Shown here piece by piece: positions 51,082-61,881 of a stretch of 64,000 nt of DNA. How positions within the stretch are numbered: position 1 is the first letter of the stretch; each line of letters opens with the position of its first letter. The stretch covers positions 192,001 through 256,000 of the forward strand of contig CAVWEH010000005.1 of assembly GCA_963753975.1 (NCBI GenBank), given 5' to 3'. The position numbers and the translations under genes are program-made. A model generated the notes under the pieces. The model saw only the letters and a program-made list of their open reading frames with translations, was not told the DNA's origin and did no database searches. This DNA is from an uncultured delta proteobacterium (GTDB lineage: Bacteria > Desulfobacterota > Syntrophia > Syntrophales > Smithellaceae).

Positions 51082-51327
51082 TGCACGTTAGTATATTTTA
51101 ATAAAATTTGGGGATATTAGAGTACAGCAGGTTTAGGAGTGACTAAATTAAATCGAGAGAAAGAGGTTCTATATTGACGTACATAGCGCGCCTCGATAAT
51201 TCGACAAGAAACGTCGTGTCTATGCAAAGTTATCAAGTCCTGAATACTCTCTCCGGATAGTCTCCGCCACTGGTGGCAAAAATGACTATTTTATCCGTCT
51301 TGTTTTGTTCCGTCATATTCTTCTTTT

Positions 51328-52323
51328 CTACATTTTTATTTTTTTTGTCGAAATATGATCGTCGGGACAATAGGCTTCAGCCAGATAGTCTGAAATATCA
51401 TGGATGGATATTTCAGCAGAGGCGGCCCTCTTTAAATTAGCCATGCAGATCGGACAGAGCGTGACGACCTCTTGCGCACAACCGGAAAGTTGATCGACCC
51501 GCCTTTGGGCAATCTCGGCCGCCTTACCGGGAAAGAGAGACTCCAGAGGACCACCGCAGCAATGTGTGAGCTTGCCGGAAAGCTCCGCCTCTATTATTTT
51601 CATACCGCTCTGCTTTAGCAACAGCCGCGGCTGATCTACCATGTTTTCATGCCGGGCATAAATACAGGAGTCATGGATGGTAACCTCCTGCTTAATTCCT
51701 TAACCAAATCCAGCTTTCGTTCCGCCAGTACCTCCAGATAACTTTTTACCTGGATATTGAATCCCTTAATCACTTTCGGGTATACGCTGCGGAGAATGTT
51801 GGTAGTATGCGGGTCCACTGTGATTAATTGCTTCACATGATTGGCTTTTAATATTCCGTATACCAGTCGGGCATGACGAACGAAGGCATCATCCAGACCT
51901 TCATCGTAAACCAGGGCTCCGGAGTAAAGGTCCTTTTGATATAGATAGCCGAATTTTATTCCCGCCGCTTTCAATAAGCGGGCGATATTTCTGAGGGGCT
52001 CATTATAGGCTTCTTGTTCTTCGGGGTTACTGCGCGCCATAAATCCGGAAAGGTTGATTATCTTGTTCGCTATCCGGCCAAGACCAAAGATAATTGGTAA
52101 TCCAGGAGTTCTCGAATTTAGCCAGTTGACGGCTCATGGAATTAATCGAGGGCACCAACTGGTACATCTGGCCGGTATAGAGAACGGTTTCTCCGCCGGA
52201 AGGTAAATTTCCAGCCCTTTAGCCCATTCGGTAACCCGGGCGCCGGCCAGAGGCAAAACGCTTTTTCTTTTCAGAGCTATTATCCGCAAATATTCCTAAA
52301 GTACTTCCTATCGGTACCGGCAT
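51328..52323 (-). pseudogene. CCG-domain Fe-S protein (HdrD/GlpC-like); 4 frameshifts
   Basis: Reconstructed MPVPIG...LYTGQMYQ...TVDPHT...HDSCIYAR...HCCGGP...TLCPIC; shifts near 52280, 52205, 52090 and 51690; may be sequencing error. Confidence 0.75.
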
Positions 52324-52326
52324 GAA

Positions 52327-52639
52327 CTAACTCCTTGATAATCCATAAACTTCCTTGTTGATATAAGTACGCAGCGACCGGACATTTTCGGCGATGTGCA
52401 CTCCGGCCGGGCAGTTCTCTTCGCACATTTTGCATAGCAAGCAGGAATAGATGCTGTCGGTATTCTCCAGGACCTTCTCTTTGGCTCCCATCAAGACGTA
52501 GCGAAATAAACGCCGGGGCAGTAATTCGATTCCCAGGGGACAAAGGGCGGTGCATGAGCCGCAATTAATGCAAGCCGAAGCATTAAAATCGTTAGCTAGA
52601 TTTCAGGCTGTCCAGAAATTCAGTATCCACTTTTAACAT
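52327..52639 (-). pseudogene. HdrC-like 2x[4Fe-4S] protein; 1 frameshift
   Basis: MLKVDTEF...CINCGSCTALCP...CLLCKMCEENCP after removing one base near 52597. Confidence 0.75.
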
Positions 52640-52885
52640 TATTTTTCCTCAACCAGTTTGTACTGATAGTAATCATCGGCCCGGTTTTTCGGTATTTCGA
52701 TGATTTTTCCATATCGTCGCATAGCCATGACCCATCTTAGTCACTTCCGGAGACGGACAATTTAGCTTCTGAGCAATTTCGGGAATGGTCCTTGGCCCAC
52801 CCTTCAATGTCTCGGTCACTCTGTCCTGCATATACATTTCATCTCTCAAAACTTCAGCCAAGTTTCGCTGTGTCTTTCTTCTCAT
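52639..52885 (-). pseudogene. Small winged-helix protein; 1 frameshift
   Basis: GPRTIPEIAQKL...EVTK/WVMAMRRYGKIIE...YQYKL; shift near 52735. Confidence 0.65.
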
Positions 52886-54612
52886 CCAATACCTCTTTCG
52901 CCAGAGCATCAATCATCGAGTTCAACCTGTTTGTTGGTGTATCCTTCCACGGAAATAGCCTGATACGGACAGACCGGAATACAGGCCCCTTCGCCTTTGC
53001 ATAGAACCGGGCTTACTCTGGCCACTTGTCTTTTCTCCCATTTCGACAATTTCGATGGCCTCATAAGGGCAGACCTTCTGACATTCACCGCACCAGGTAC
53101 AAAGGTCTGTCTCCACCCTGGCGACCAGGGGTTCCAGATCGACATAGCCTTTCAGGAGGAGAGCCGCTGTCTTGGAAACGGCAGCCATGGAGCTGGCCAC
53201 GCTCTCGGCCAGGTTTTTCGGCCCCTGCGAGGCTCCGGCGATAAACACCCCATCCAATACCGTCTCCACCGGCCTGAGTTTGGGATGAATTTCGTTAAAG
53301 AAACCATCCTTCCCCACCGGAAGTTTCAGAACATCTATCAATTCCGCATTTTCCCGCGGCACCATGCCGGTAACCAGAACTAACAGGTCGGAGTCTATCT
53401 CGACTTCCTCACCTCCCGTTAACCGGTCTTTCACTTTTACTATCAGTCTTCCATCAGCCGAATTTACCTGGGGCGGCGCATCCTCCCCAAAGCACAGAAA
53501 TACAGATCCTTGGGCAAGAGCCTGCTCATACAACAGTTCATATTTGCCATAGGTCCGGATATCGCGAAACAGATGGAATTGGTGGATACTTTTATCAATC
53601 TCCTGGGCGCAAGTAGCTGCATAATTGGCAGCGCTGCAGCAATAACGGGAGCAGTAAAGATGGGGGTTCATCGGTTTTGGTATTCTCCCGGGAACCCACA
53701 CAATAGATATAGGTGATAGTTTTAATCTCTCTGCCCTGATACCTGATAGTCCCGTTGCTTCCGGCTAATAATTCTTCGATATTCCGGCAATGTCACAACT
53801 CCATTCAACCCATACCCGAACTCTCCGGCCTGGGGATTATATGTCTCAAATCCGGTAGCGACAATAATACTGCCCACCTTCAGAGATAAAGTATCTTTTT
53901 CACCGATCCGCATCTTGATGGAAAAGTCGCCTATATGGCCGTTCTTTTCGATCAATTCGGCATTGGTAAAGAGAGTAATATTTTCCCGTTGGCGAACCTT
54001 TTCCAAAAGCGAATCGATGATCTCGCGGCCATTTTTATTATTGGGGAACAATTTACCCCAGCGGCCCACCATACCCCCGGCCTGCGGCGACTTTTCTATC
54101 AAATGCACCCCGATGCCGATATCGGATAAAGCTAAAGCCGCCCGCAGTCCGGCTACGCCGGCCCCGATAACCAGAGCATGGGACAGAGTTTCCACGCGCA
54201 ATTTTTCCAAAGGCACTGCCAGCGATGTTCGCGCCATTCCGGCCCGGATAAGCCGAAGGGCTTTTTCGGTGGCCGCTTTTTTATCGTGAGTATGCGCCCA
54301 GGAACACTGCTCCCGCAGATTAACCTGGGTATATTCATATTGATTGAGACCTGCTCTCTGGGCCATCGCCCGAAAAGTATTTAAGTGGAGTTTGGGCGAA
54401 CAAGAAGCGATAACAATGCCTTCCAGCTTCTTTTCCTGGATTTCTTTAATGATATTTTGCTGGGCGGCATCCGAACAGGTAAACATATTGACCTGCGCCG
54501 TTGCTACAGAAGGTTCTTTCTCCACCAACTCCCGCAATTTATCCGTATCCACATAATCCGAAATATTACCGCCGCAGTGGCAAATGAACACTCCCAGTCT
54601 TTTCTCTGTCAT
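52854..54612 (-). pseudogene. hdrA: HdrA-family flavoprotein (~580 aa); 4 frameshifts
   Basis: GVFICHCGGNIS, SCSPKLH, NLREQCSW, GAGVAG, CVGSR, CSRYCC, HPKLRPVET, C-terminal ferredoxin motifs. Confidence 0.8.
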
Positions 54613-57327
54613 GACCGGCCTCCCGCTTTTTTGAGATAGGCCGCTATCTGAGCGGCTGCGGCGCCGGAATGCAGAATCGTGTCCGGAATATCCCGCGCGG
54701 CCGAAGCTGAGCCGATCACGAAGACTCCGTCAATGCTGGTCTTGCCCGGTTCCAGGTCTTCATCGACTTCTTTAATAAAGGAAAACGCATCTGTTTCCAG
54801 CCGACTGTCCTTAAACAGGCCCACTGCGCCCTGCGCCGGAAGCATGCCCACCGAAAGGACAACCAGATCGTGCTTGGCCTGCTTTAGACCGCCCCTCGCC
54901 TTCGATATCCTCATAATTGACCACCAGGTCCTGATCGTCCGTCTCCTCGATCCGGGCGACTTTGCCTTTTACAAAATAAACTCCCATCCCTTTAGCCTGC
55001 TGGTAAAACTCTTCATAGCCTTTACCGAAAGGAGCGAATATCAATGTAATAAATGGTAATATCGGCCAGCGGCAGCGCTCCCATCAGAAGCTGGGCTTGC
55101 TTCAGGGAATACATGCAGCAGACCCTGGAACATAGCCGGTTATTGACCTGTTCATCCCGGGAACCGACGCAGAGTACAAAAGCAACATTGCTGGGCGCTT
55201 TTCCGTCCGACGGCCGAACGACGGCGTTATAAGGCCTGGTCGGAGATAAAATGCGGTCCATCTGAACGGCGTTAATGACATTAGGAAATCGACCAAAGCC
55301 CAGAGCCGGCTTTATGATGGGCATCGAAGGCCTCAAAACCCGTCGCTATTGCCACGGAACCCACTGAGACCGTCTGCCGCTCGGTCTTCATATCCAAAGA
55401 AATTGCTCCGGCGGGACAGGTGGATACGCACTGCCGGCACTGTGAACATCCGCCGCAATCCAGGCAGCGGTTGGCGCTGTAACGGGCTTCCTCTTCAGTC
55501 ATTGTTTTTTCATAATTCGATAAATGAATTCAATCGCTCCCCGATCGGTTTTTTCTCCAGCTTGACCGGATTACGAGGCGTTATACTGTTCCTTGATTGC
55601 TCGACTATTGTATCGCGGTCCACCATCTCCGGCCTTTCATCGAAGCGGACTGAATCGAGGCCGAGCCCCTGAAGATACCGGTCAATGTAAAAGGCTGCCC
55701 TTTTACCTTGACCGATGGATTTAACAATCATCGATGGGCCGGTAACGGCGTCTCCTCCGGCAAAGACATTGGGAATAGAGGTTTGCAGTGTTTCGGCATT
55801 GGCCTTGATGGTCCCATTCCGGTTGAGCTCGATTTCCTTGGAGAATGCAGATGTGTTGGGAGTGAGCCCGATGGCCATTATCACCTTATCGGCCGGCATG
55901 GAAGTCCGTCTGGTTTCATCAAAAGCCGGATTGAATTTTCCATCCTTATCAAAAACCGAGGAACAGCAAACAAACTCCAGTCCGGTTACCTTTTGGCCGT
56001 CATCCAGTATCCGTTTGACGCCCCAGGAGCAGCTCAAGGTTGACGCCTTCCTCCACCGCCTCCTGGACTTCCCATTTATGGGCCGGCATCTCTCCTTCGG
56101 ATTCCAGGCAGACCAATTGGACCTTTTGAGCTCCGAGCCGCACTGCGCTGCGGGCACAATCTATAGCCACGTTGCCGCCGCCGATGACCACTACTGTTTT
56201 GCCCTTCACATCCGCCGGAAAATCCGCAGATCAGGCTGATGCAGGAAATCCATGCAATCATAAACATCCGGGAGTTCCTCACCCGGGATCGACATCTTAC
56301 GACCGCCTTTACTGCCTATAGCCAGGAATATCGCATCGAAACCCTGTTTTTGAAGTTCTGACAAAGAATAAACTTTAGAATTGATTTTAATCTCTACGCC
56401 CAGAGCAGTAATATTCTTGATATCGCGCGCCAGTATGGCTTTAGGTAAGCGGTAAGCCGGTATGCCCCAGCGCATGACTCCGCCCGCCTCGGCTTCCGAT
56501 TCAAAAATAGTCACCGAATATCCTGCGCGGGCCAGAAAATAAGCGGCGGAAAGACCGGTCGGACCCGAACCGACGATAGCCACTTTCTTTCCGTTCAGTT
56601 TTTGCGGCGGTCCATATTCCGGTTCAGGGTGGTTTTCATAGTAGCGGTCGACCATGAACCTTTTAATTCCTCTGATGGAAACATTGCCGTCCAGCAAGCC
56701 CCGGGAGCATTCATCCTCACAGGGTGCATAGCAGGCCCGGCTCAAACAGCCCGGAAGAGGCGCATCTTCAAGGTGCTGGCGAAAGGCCTCATCATATTTT
56801 CCCGAACGCACCAGGGAGACATATCCATGAGGCTTGACTCCGGCGGGACAGGTATAGGAGCATGGCGATGTTCCCAACCTGTCGATTACCGCTTTTTTAG
56901 GGACGGCCTGAGGGAAAGCGATGTGGGCCGCCCGGCGGGCGATTAAATCGGAGTTGAATTCATCAGCTTGAGCAACAGTACAGGTTTCTTCACACTGAGC
57001 GCAGCCGGTACATTTTGCCAAGTCCACAAAAGTAGGTTTCCTGTGCAGATCAACCAAAAAACCGCCTTCTTTTCCGGCGATAATTTTGTCAACTTCAGAG
57101 TAAATGAGCGTTTTTACATTAGGATGATTGGCGGTAGCGGCCATCTTGGGTGTAGAGATGCAACTGGCGCAATCGAGAGTGGGGAATACTTTGCTGAGCA
57201 AAATCATTTTCCCGCCGATGCTGGCCTCTTTCTCCACCAGGAGTACTTTGAAACCCATATCACCCAGGGTTAAGGCCGACTCCATTCCGCCGATTCCGGC
57301 GCCAACTACCAAAACATCATAATCCAT
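54609..57327 (-). pseudogene. hdrA: Large HdrA-family protein with inserted GltD/NfnB-like NAD(P)H module (~900 aa); 6 frameshifts
   Basis: GAGIGG, KVFPTLDC, CSRACYAPCE, GSGPTG, GGGNVAID, RCLDCGGC, CVGSR, CSRVCC spread over seven ORF pieces. Confidence 0.8.
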
Positions 57328-57768
57328 CTATTGCTTCTCCGCTTTTTTCTGAGATGCAGAGGTTATTTCGCCCAGAGTTTTACAAAAACTATTAATATGA
57401 CTCACGAAAGCCTGGGAACAGACCGAACAAATAGCCGCCATTTTCAATCTGCGGGAGTCGTATCCATTCTCTCCCAATAGCTCTTGCGCTTGTTCTACCA
57501 CTTTCCCGGTGCGTTCAGTGCAATCCGGAATGTAGGCACAATCGGTGCCGTCAGCGGCAATAAAAACACCATCGAAACCGGCCTTCAGGGCATGCAGCAC
57601 CCATCGCGGGTTGATTCCGCTGGAGCAAGGGACGGCAATTACCTGCACCGACGTCGGATAGTCCATATGCGAACTGCCGGCCAGGTCAATACCGACATCG
57701 GAGATATTATTGGTCGAGAAAACCAGTATTTTGGGTTGGATTTTGCTTAACTGCCTGATGCCGGTCAC
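57328..57768 (-). CDS. MvhD-like hydrogenase Fe-S subunit
   Basis: PKILVFS, VPCSSG, GFDGVF, DC, RRL...ICSVC; abuts hdrA. Confidence 0.8.
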   Translation of the reverse strand: MTGIRQLSKIQPKILVFSTNNISDVGIDLAGSSHMDYPTSVQVIAVPCSSGINPRWVLHALKAGFDGVFIAADGTDCAYIPDCTERTGKVVEQAQELLGENGYDSRRLKMAAICSVCSQAFVSHINSFCKTLGEITSASQKKAEKQ

Positions 57769-58025
57769 TATTTTCCTCTTTTAACAAATATATGCCAGAC
57801 ACCGGCTTCCTGAATCAGGCCGAGGTATTCATGTCCTACTTTCTTAGCCCAGAGCGGAATGTCCTCAGTAGTGCCCTCATCGGATGAAAGCACTTCCATT
57901 ATCCCCGCCATGGGCACGGCAGTCATTTCTCTTTTAGCCTCCAGCAGGGGGCCGGGACAGGCAGTGCCTCTGGCATCTACCGTCTTGTCAATCTTGAGTT
58001 TCTTAAGCTCTTCCGTATTCATCAT
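57768..58025 (-). CDS. tusA: TusA-family sulfur carrier
   Basis: DARGTACPGP, D.G...DIP.W. Confidence 0.9.
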   Translation of the reverse strand: MMNTEELKKLKIDKTVDARGTACPGPLLEAKREMTAVPMAGIMEVLSSDEGTTEDIPLWAKKVGHEYLGLIQEAGVWHIFVKRGK

Positions 58026-58075
58026 ATCCTCTCTATTTTTAATCGAAATTTAAAATCTTCTTAGACTTGAAAGTA

Positions 58076-58417
58076 TTACATTCGCGCTTTGGATAAGTCC
58101 TGGCCGGTTTTATTTACTTCTTCGACCATGGCCTTACGGACAGTCTCGCAGCATTCTTTAAAAACAGGAGTCGTCAAGCGGTAGGTTACCGTTTGTCCAT
58201 CTCTTTGTGCCCTCACAATCGACTGCTCCTTCATCAGGCGCAGATGCTGGGAAGTATTTTGTAGAGTCATTTCCAGCGCCGAAGCAATCTCCGTTACCGT
58301 CTTGGGACCTTCCCCCAGCAAGTCCATAATCATCAGGCGTTTGGGATTGGCCAGCACACTTAGCATATTGGCCTGCAACTCGTAGGCTCTCGATTTTTCC
58401 GGATCAAGTTTCGTCAT
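58076..58417 (-). CDS. ArsR/SmtB-family transcriptional repressor
   Basis: LANPKRL.I, SQHLR, R.GQ...Y; CC pair in the C-terminal helix. Confidence 0.9.
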   Translation of the reverse strand: MTKLDPEKSRAYELQANMLSVLANPKRLMIMDLLGEGPKTVTEIASALEMTLQNTSQHLRLMKEQSIVRAQRDGQTVTYRLTTPVFKECCETVRKAMVEEVNKTGQDLSKARM

Positions 58418-58433
58418 AATTTCTCATCTATCC

Positions 58434-58971
58434 TTATATAAATAAGGTCATCCGACTGCGGTCGGCCGAATCGATGAAGGTAGCTACACCGCCGTAACCG
58501 ATATCAGCAATAAGCTCTTCCTTCCGGATGCCCATTACATCCATGGACATAGTGCAGGCGATAAACCGGACTCCCTGTTCCTGAGCCGATTTAATGAGAC
58601 TTGGGAAGGTCATATACATTTTTCTTAGTCATTTCTTTCTTCATCAGCAGCGTGCCCAGACCACCCATGTTCATTCTGGAGAGGGTCAATTTGGAGGGAC
58701 CTTTAGGCATCATCCAGCCGAACATTTTTTCCATGAAACTTTTTGCCCCGGTCAAATTTACCGGGCCTTCTCTCCTGAGCACATTCAATCCCCAGAAGGT
58801 AAAGAACATGCTCACCGGTAAATCCATAGCTGCAGCTCCGTTGGCAATAATGAAAGCCGCCAGTATTTTGTCCAGATCACCGGAAAATACAACCATGGAA
58901 AGTCCGCTTATCTCCTGCGATTCCTCTTTAATTGGTAATTTAGCTGTAAGGCCTCCCCGTTTTTCTGTCAT
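58434..58971 (-). pseudogene. DsrE/DrsH-like (DsrE2) sulfurtransferase; 1 frameshift
   Basis: FSGDLDK...ANGAAA...FFTFWG...LSRMNMGG then IACTMSMDVMGI; extra base in CTTCCCAAGT near 58603. Confidence 0.8.
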
Positions 58972-59081
58972 CTCACACTCCTTTATGGTTTGGCGATAGC
59001 CTTAGCTATAGCCATCCGGCTGAGAAATAGTTTCGTAATACCCCTGAATACCGTATTCTGTCGGTACGAGGTGCTACTGTT

Positions 59082-59151
59082 CAATAATTAATTAATTGCA
59101 TAATAATGCAACTTATTAAGTATTGATATATCTGCTTGCGCATACTGTCAA
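59082..59151 (-). promoter_or_regulatory. Promoter/operator region of the dsrE-arsR-tusA-hdr operon
   Basis: TTGACA on the minus strand at 59146-59151; downstream palindromes ACTTA-T-TAAGT and TTGCAT-AATA-ATGCAA. Confidence 0.45.
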
Positions 59152-59453
59152 GTTTTTTTTAATTCTTCCCCCAGGAAAAGATAGTATCCGAGTCAAATAG
59201 GCAATAATGAAGAAGAAAAAGTAAAATAACGGGAAGAGCACGGAGTTAACGATAGTATTCCATTCTTCAGAATCAACTAAAAGCCTTGTTGGCAACCTTC
59301 TGCTTTAATGTGGTATTATGTAAATCAGTTAAATACTGGGGAGGAAGTTAATAACTGCTCCGGCATCGCCTGTTATGCTTAAACCATTATTCAGAAGAGC
59401 CATACATTGCCGGAATTTTTTGCCGGCTGGAAAAAATTCCTTTGGAAGCGGCG

Positions 59454-60356
59454 TTACTCGTCTTTCTTATAATAGTTCGCCCATTTCGTATCGATCTGCC
59501 TCTGGATGTCCGCGATCTGGGCGTCAGTGAGAATCCTGAAGCGTGACTGCGCGCGGAAGTATTCCCGCACCGGCACGAGCTTGCGTTTTTCCACAAGCTT
59601 TTCGGAAGCTGCCGTCAGTTTGAATTCGCCGTTGACGATCTCGTAGAGGTCATAGTATCCGGTTTCCACGGCGAGTCGTCCGATCTTTATCCCGTATCGC
59701 GGATCATATCCCCAGCCCGGCGGGCAGGGAATATGAATATGGAAGTATTTGGTGCCCGGTAGATCAACGCACTTTCGAATCTTGTCGAATAGGTCCAACG
59801 GGTAGGCAGCAGAACAGGTGGCAACATAACTTAAATTGTGCGCCGCCATGATGGCCGGAACATCCTTTTTTTGCTGCAACTTTCCTTTGAACGGTGTGTT
59901 GGCGGTTATAGCACCGATAGGGGTTGTGCTCGAGCGTTGAGCACCGGTGTTCATATACCCTTCATTATCGTAGCACAGGTAGATGAAGTTATCGCCACGT
60001 TCCGCCGCGCCCGATAAAGCCTGCAAGCCGATGTCGCTTGTCCCGCCGTCGCCGGCCCAGGCGGCCACTTTGATACTGGTTTTTCCCTGCGATTTCAGAG
60101 CAGCTAGAATTCCTGTAGCTGCTGCCGCCGTGGAGGCAAATGTTACATTTAAACAGGGGAGTTTGGTTGAGGCAATCGGGAAAAGCCCCTGCAATACCGT
60201 AAGACAGCTCGGCGGCACGATCAGGATGGTATCTTCCCCCAGCGCCTTGAGACCAACCCGGTAGGCGATGGCTAGGCCGCAGCCGGTACATGCCCTTGTT
60301 CCCGGATGGACAAATTCTTCTGTCGGTAAATTTAAAATGGTGGTCTTTCCCTGCAC
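59454..60356 (-). CDS. porB: 2-oxoacid:ferredoxin oxidoreductase beta subunit
   Basis: ACTGCG, GDGGTSDIG, DNEGYMNTG.QRS, PCPPGW. Confidence 0.9.
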   Translation of the reverse strand: MQGKTTILNLPTEEFVHPGTRACTGCGLAIAYRVGLKALGEDTILIVPPSCLTVLQGLFPIASTKLPCLNVTFASTAAAATGILAALKSQGKTSIKVAAWAGDGGTSDIGLQALSGAAERGDNFIYLCYDNEGYMNTGAQRSSTTPIGAITANTPFKGKLQQKKDVPAIMAAHNLSYVATCSAAYPLDLFDKIRKCVDLPGTKYFHIHIPCPPGWGYDPRYGIKIGRLAVETGYYDLYEIVNGEFKLTAASEKLVEKRKLVPVREYFRAQSRFRILTDAQIADIQRQIDTKWANYYKKDE

Positions 60357-60365
60357 TTGATTCTC

Positions 60366-61565
60366 CTATAATTTTAATCCAATCCACACGGGCTCTTTGG
60401 CGATGCGGCTTTTGGTCGCATCGCGGAGGATTTGTGTCAAATTTTCTGTCCGGATTTCGCGGCCGCCGATTCCCGCGATAAAGTTCTGAACCGGAGGCAG
60501 ACTGCCGGTGCCGGCAAGATGTTCGTAAAGCGCGGACTTTAAATCCGACACCAGCGCTCCTTCATAACCGTAGCTAAGTGCCTTTTCAAAAACAAATACG
60601 CCTTTTCTTCCTTTGAGCGCTTTGGCCAGCGCCTTGTCCGGGAAAGGCCGGTAAAAGCGAACACCTATGACGCCTACTTTGATTCCTTCTTTTCTTAAGG
60701 CATCCGCAGAAACGCGTAGCTGGTAGGTGAGCGACCCGAGTCCCACGGCAACATACTGGGCATCATCGCAACGATAAGGCTCGATATATGGGTCACCGCT
60801 CCGGCCAAATATCTCCGCAAATCTTTTTTCCGCTTTGAGAACGACGGCGAGCGCTGTTCTCATTTCTTCATGCAGCAGATACCGGATCTCCATATATCCG
60901 TGGGCAAGCTCGCCTCGGATATCCATGCGGACATCAGGTAAAGTCACGGTATTGAGATTGGCGGGTTTCTCCGGGTTCAGGGCATAGTCCGGCCGGAAAG
61001 GCGGCAGAAATTCATCGACTTGTTTCTGATCCGGCACATCAAACGGCATGTAAGTGTGAGAAAGGATATAACCGTCGTAGCAGACCATAATCGGGATACC
61101 GACCTTCTCCGCCAGCCAGTAGGCCTTGATGACGGAATCAATGATCTGCTGATGGTCAGCGCAATAAATCTGGATCCAGCCGGTATCGCGCTGCGAAATC
61201 GAGTCCTGCTGATCATTCCAGATATTCCAGGGAGCGCCTACCGCCCGGTTGACGACACACATCACAATGGGGAGCCTGGCGCCTGCCGCCCACTGGACCT
61301 GCTCATGCATGAACAGAAGTCCGTTGGCGCTCGTCGCGGTAAAAGTCCGGGCGCCGGCCGAGGAGGCCGCAATGCACACGGCCAGCGCAGAATGTTCGCT
61401 TTCGACCGGGATGTACTCGGCTTTCATTTCACCTGCTTCCACATACTCGGAAAGTCTTTCGGTAAGAGGGGTCTGCGGTGTAATCGGATAGGCCGCGATG
61501 ACATCAGCATGACAAAGTTTGACGCCCAGTGCTGCGGCCACGTTTCCATTTTCGATAATCTGCAC
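60366..61565 (-). CDS. porA: 2-oxoacid:ferredoxin oxidoreductase alpha subunit
   Basis: AYPITPQT, ESEHSA, TATS, NRA, FYRPFP. Confidence 0.9.
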   Translation of the reverse strand: MQIIENGNVAAALGVKLCHADVIAAYPITPQTPLTERLSEYVEAGEMKAEYIPVESEHSALAVCIAASSAGARTFTATSANGLLFMHEQVQWAAGARLPIVMCVVNRAVGAPWNIWNDQQDSISQRDTGWIQIYCADHQQIIDSVIKAYWLAEKVGIPIMVCYDGYILSHTYMPFDVPDQKQVDEFLPPFRPDYALNPEKPANLNTVTLPDVRMDIRGELAHGYMEIRYLLHEEMRTALAVVLKAEKRFAEIFGRSGDPYIEPYRCDDAQYVAVGLGSLTYQLRVSADALRKEGIKVGVIGVRFYRPFPDKALAKALKGRKGVFVFEKALSYGYEGALVSDLKSALYEHLAGTGSLPPVQNFIAGIGGREIRTENLTQILRDATKSRIAKEPVWIGLKL

Positions 61566-61570
61566 CGTGT

Positions 61571-61879
61571 CTACTCCTTATCTTCTTCCGAAAACCGAGC
61601 CTCGTCGACCATGGTGATGGCTTTGGTCGGACATTCTTCAGCGCAGATGCCGCACCCCTTGCAGTATTCGAGGTCGACTTTCGGTGGTATCGTCCTGGAG
61701 ATGACAACTTCCGGACAGAAGAGCCAGCACATAAAACAGGCCTCGGCATTTCTTTTGCACGGTATGCAGAGGCTTGTATTCAATACCGGCCGCTCCACCC
61801 TCCATGATCCGGTCCTTCCTCCATCGCCCGGCCCTGCTTCGCTGTGGGAAGTTTTTCTCCTGTAATTTCTGGTGCCCAT
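61571..61879 (-). CDS. porD: 2-oxoacid:ferredoxin oxidoreductase delta (ferredoxin) subunit
   Basis: TGSWR..RP, CWLFCP, CKGCGICAEECP. Confidence 0.88.
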   Translation of the reverse strand: MGTRNYRRKTSHSEAGPGDGGRTGSWRVERPVLNTSLCIPCKRNAEACFMCWLFCPEVVISRTIPPKVDLEYCKGCGICAEECPTKAITMVDEARFSEEDKE

Positions 61880-61881
61880 TT

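Noticed and set aside
51170..51240. Possible further repeat copy (GATAATTCGAC) between the dehydratase and the CCG gene
   Set aside because: Only the left junction motif matches; no convincing 10-bp stem or TCATT end.
56225..56240. Selenocysteine TGA in the large HdrA
   Set aside because: The TGA lies at a frameshift junction in a non-conserved linker, not at a Cys position; the conserved Cys codons I checked are TGY.
51640..58620. Programmed ribosomal frameshifting in the hdr operon
   Set aside because: Seventeen sites with no shared slippery motif; up to six per gene would abolish expression.
59299..59326. dif-like site ending TTATGTAAATC
   Set aside because: Only the XerD-like arm matches; the left arm lacks ATAA at the correct spacing.
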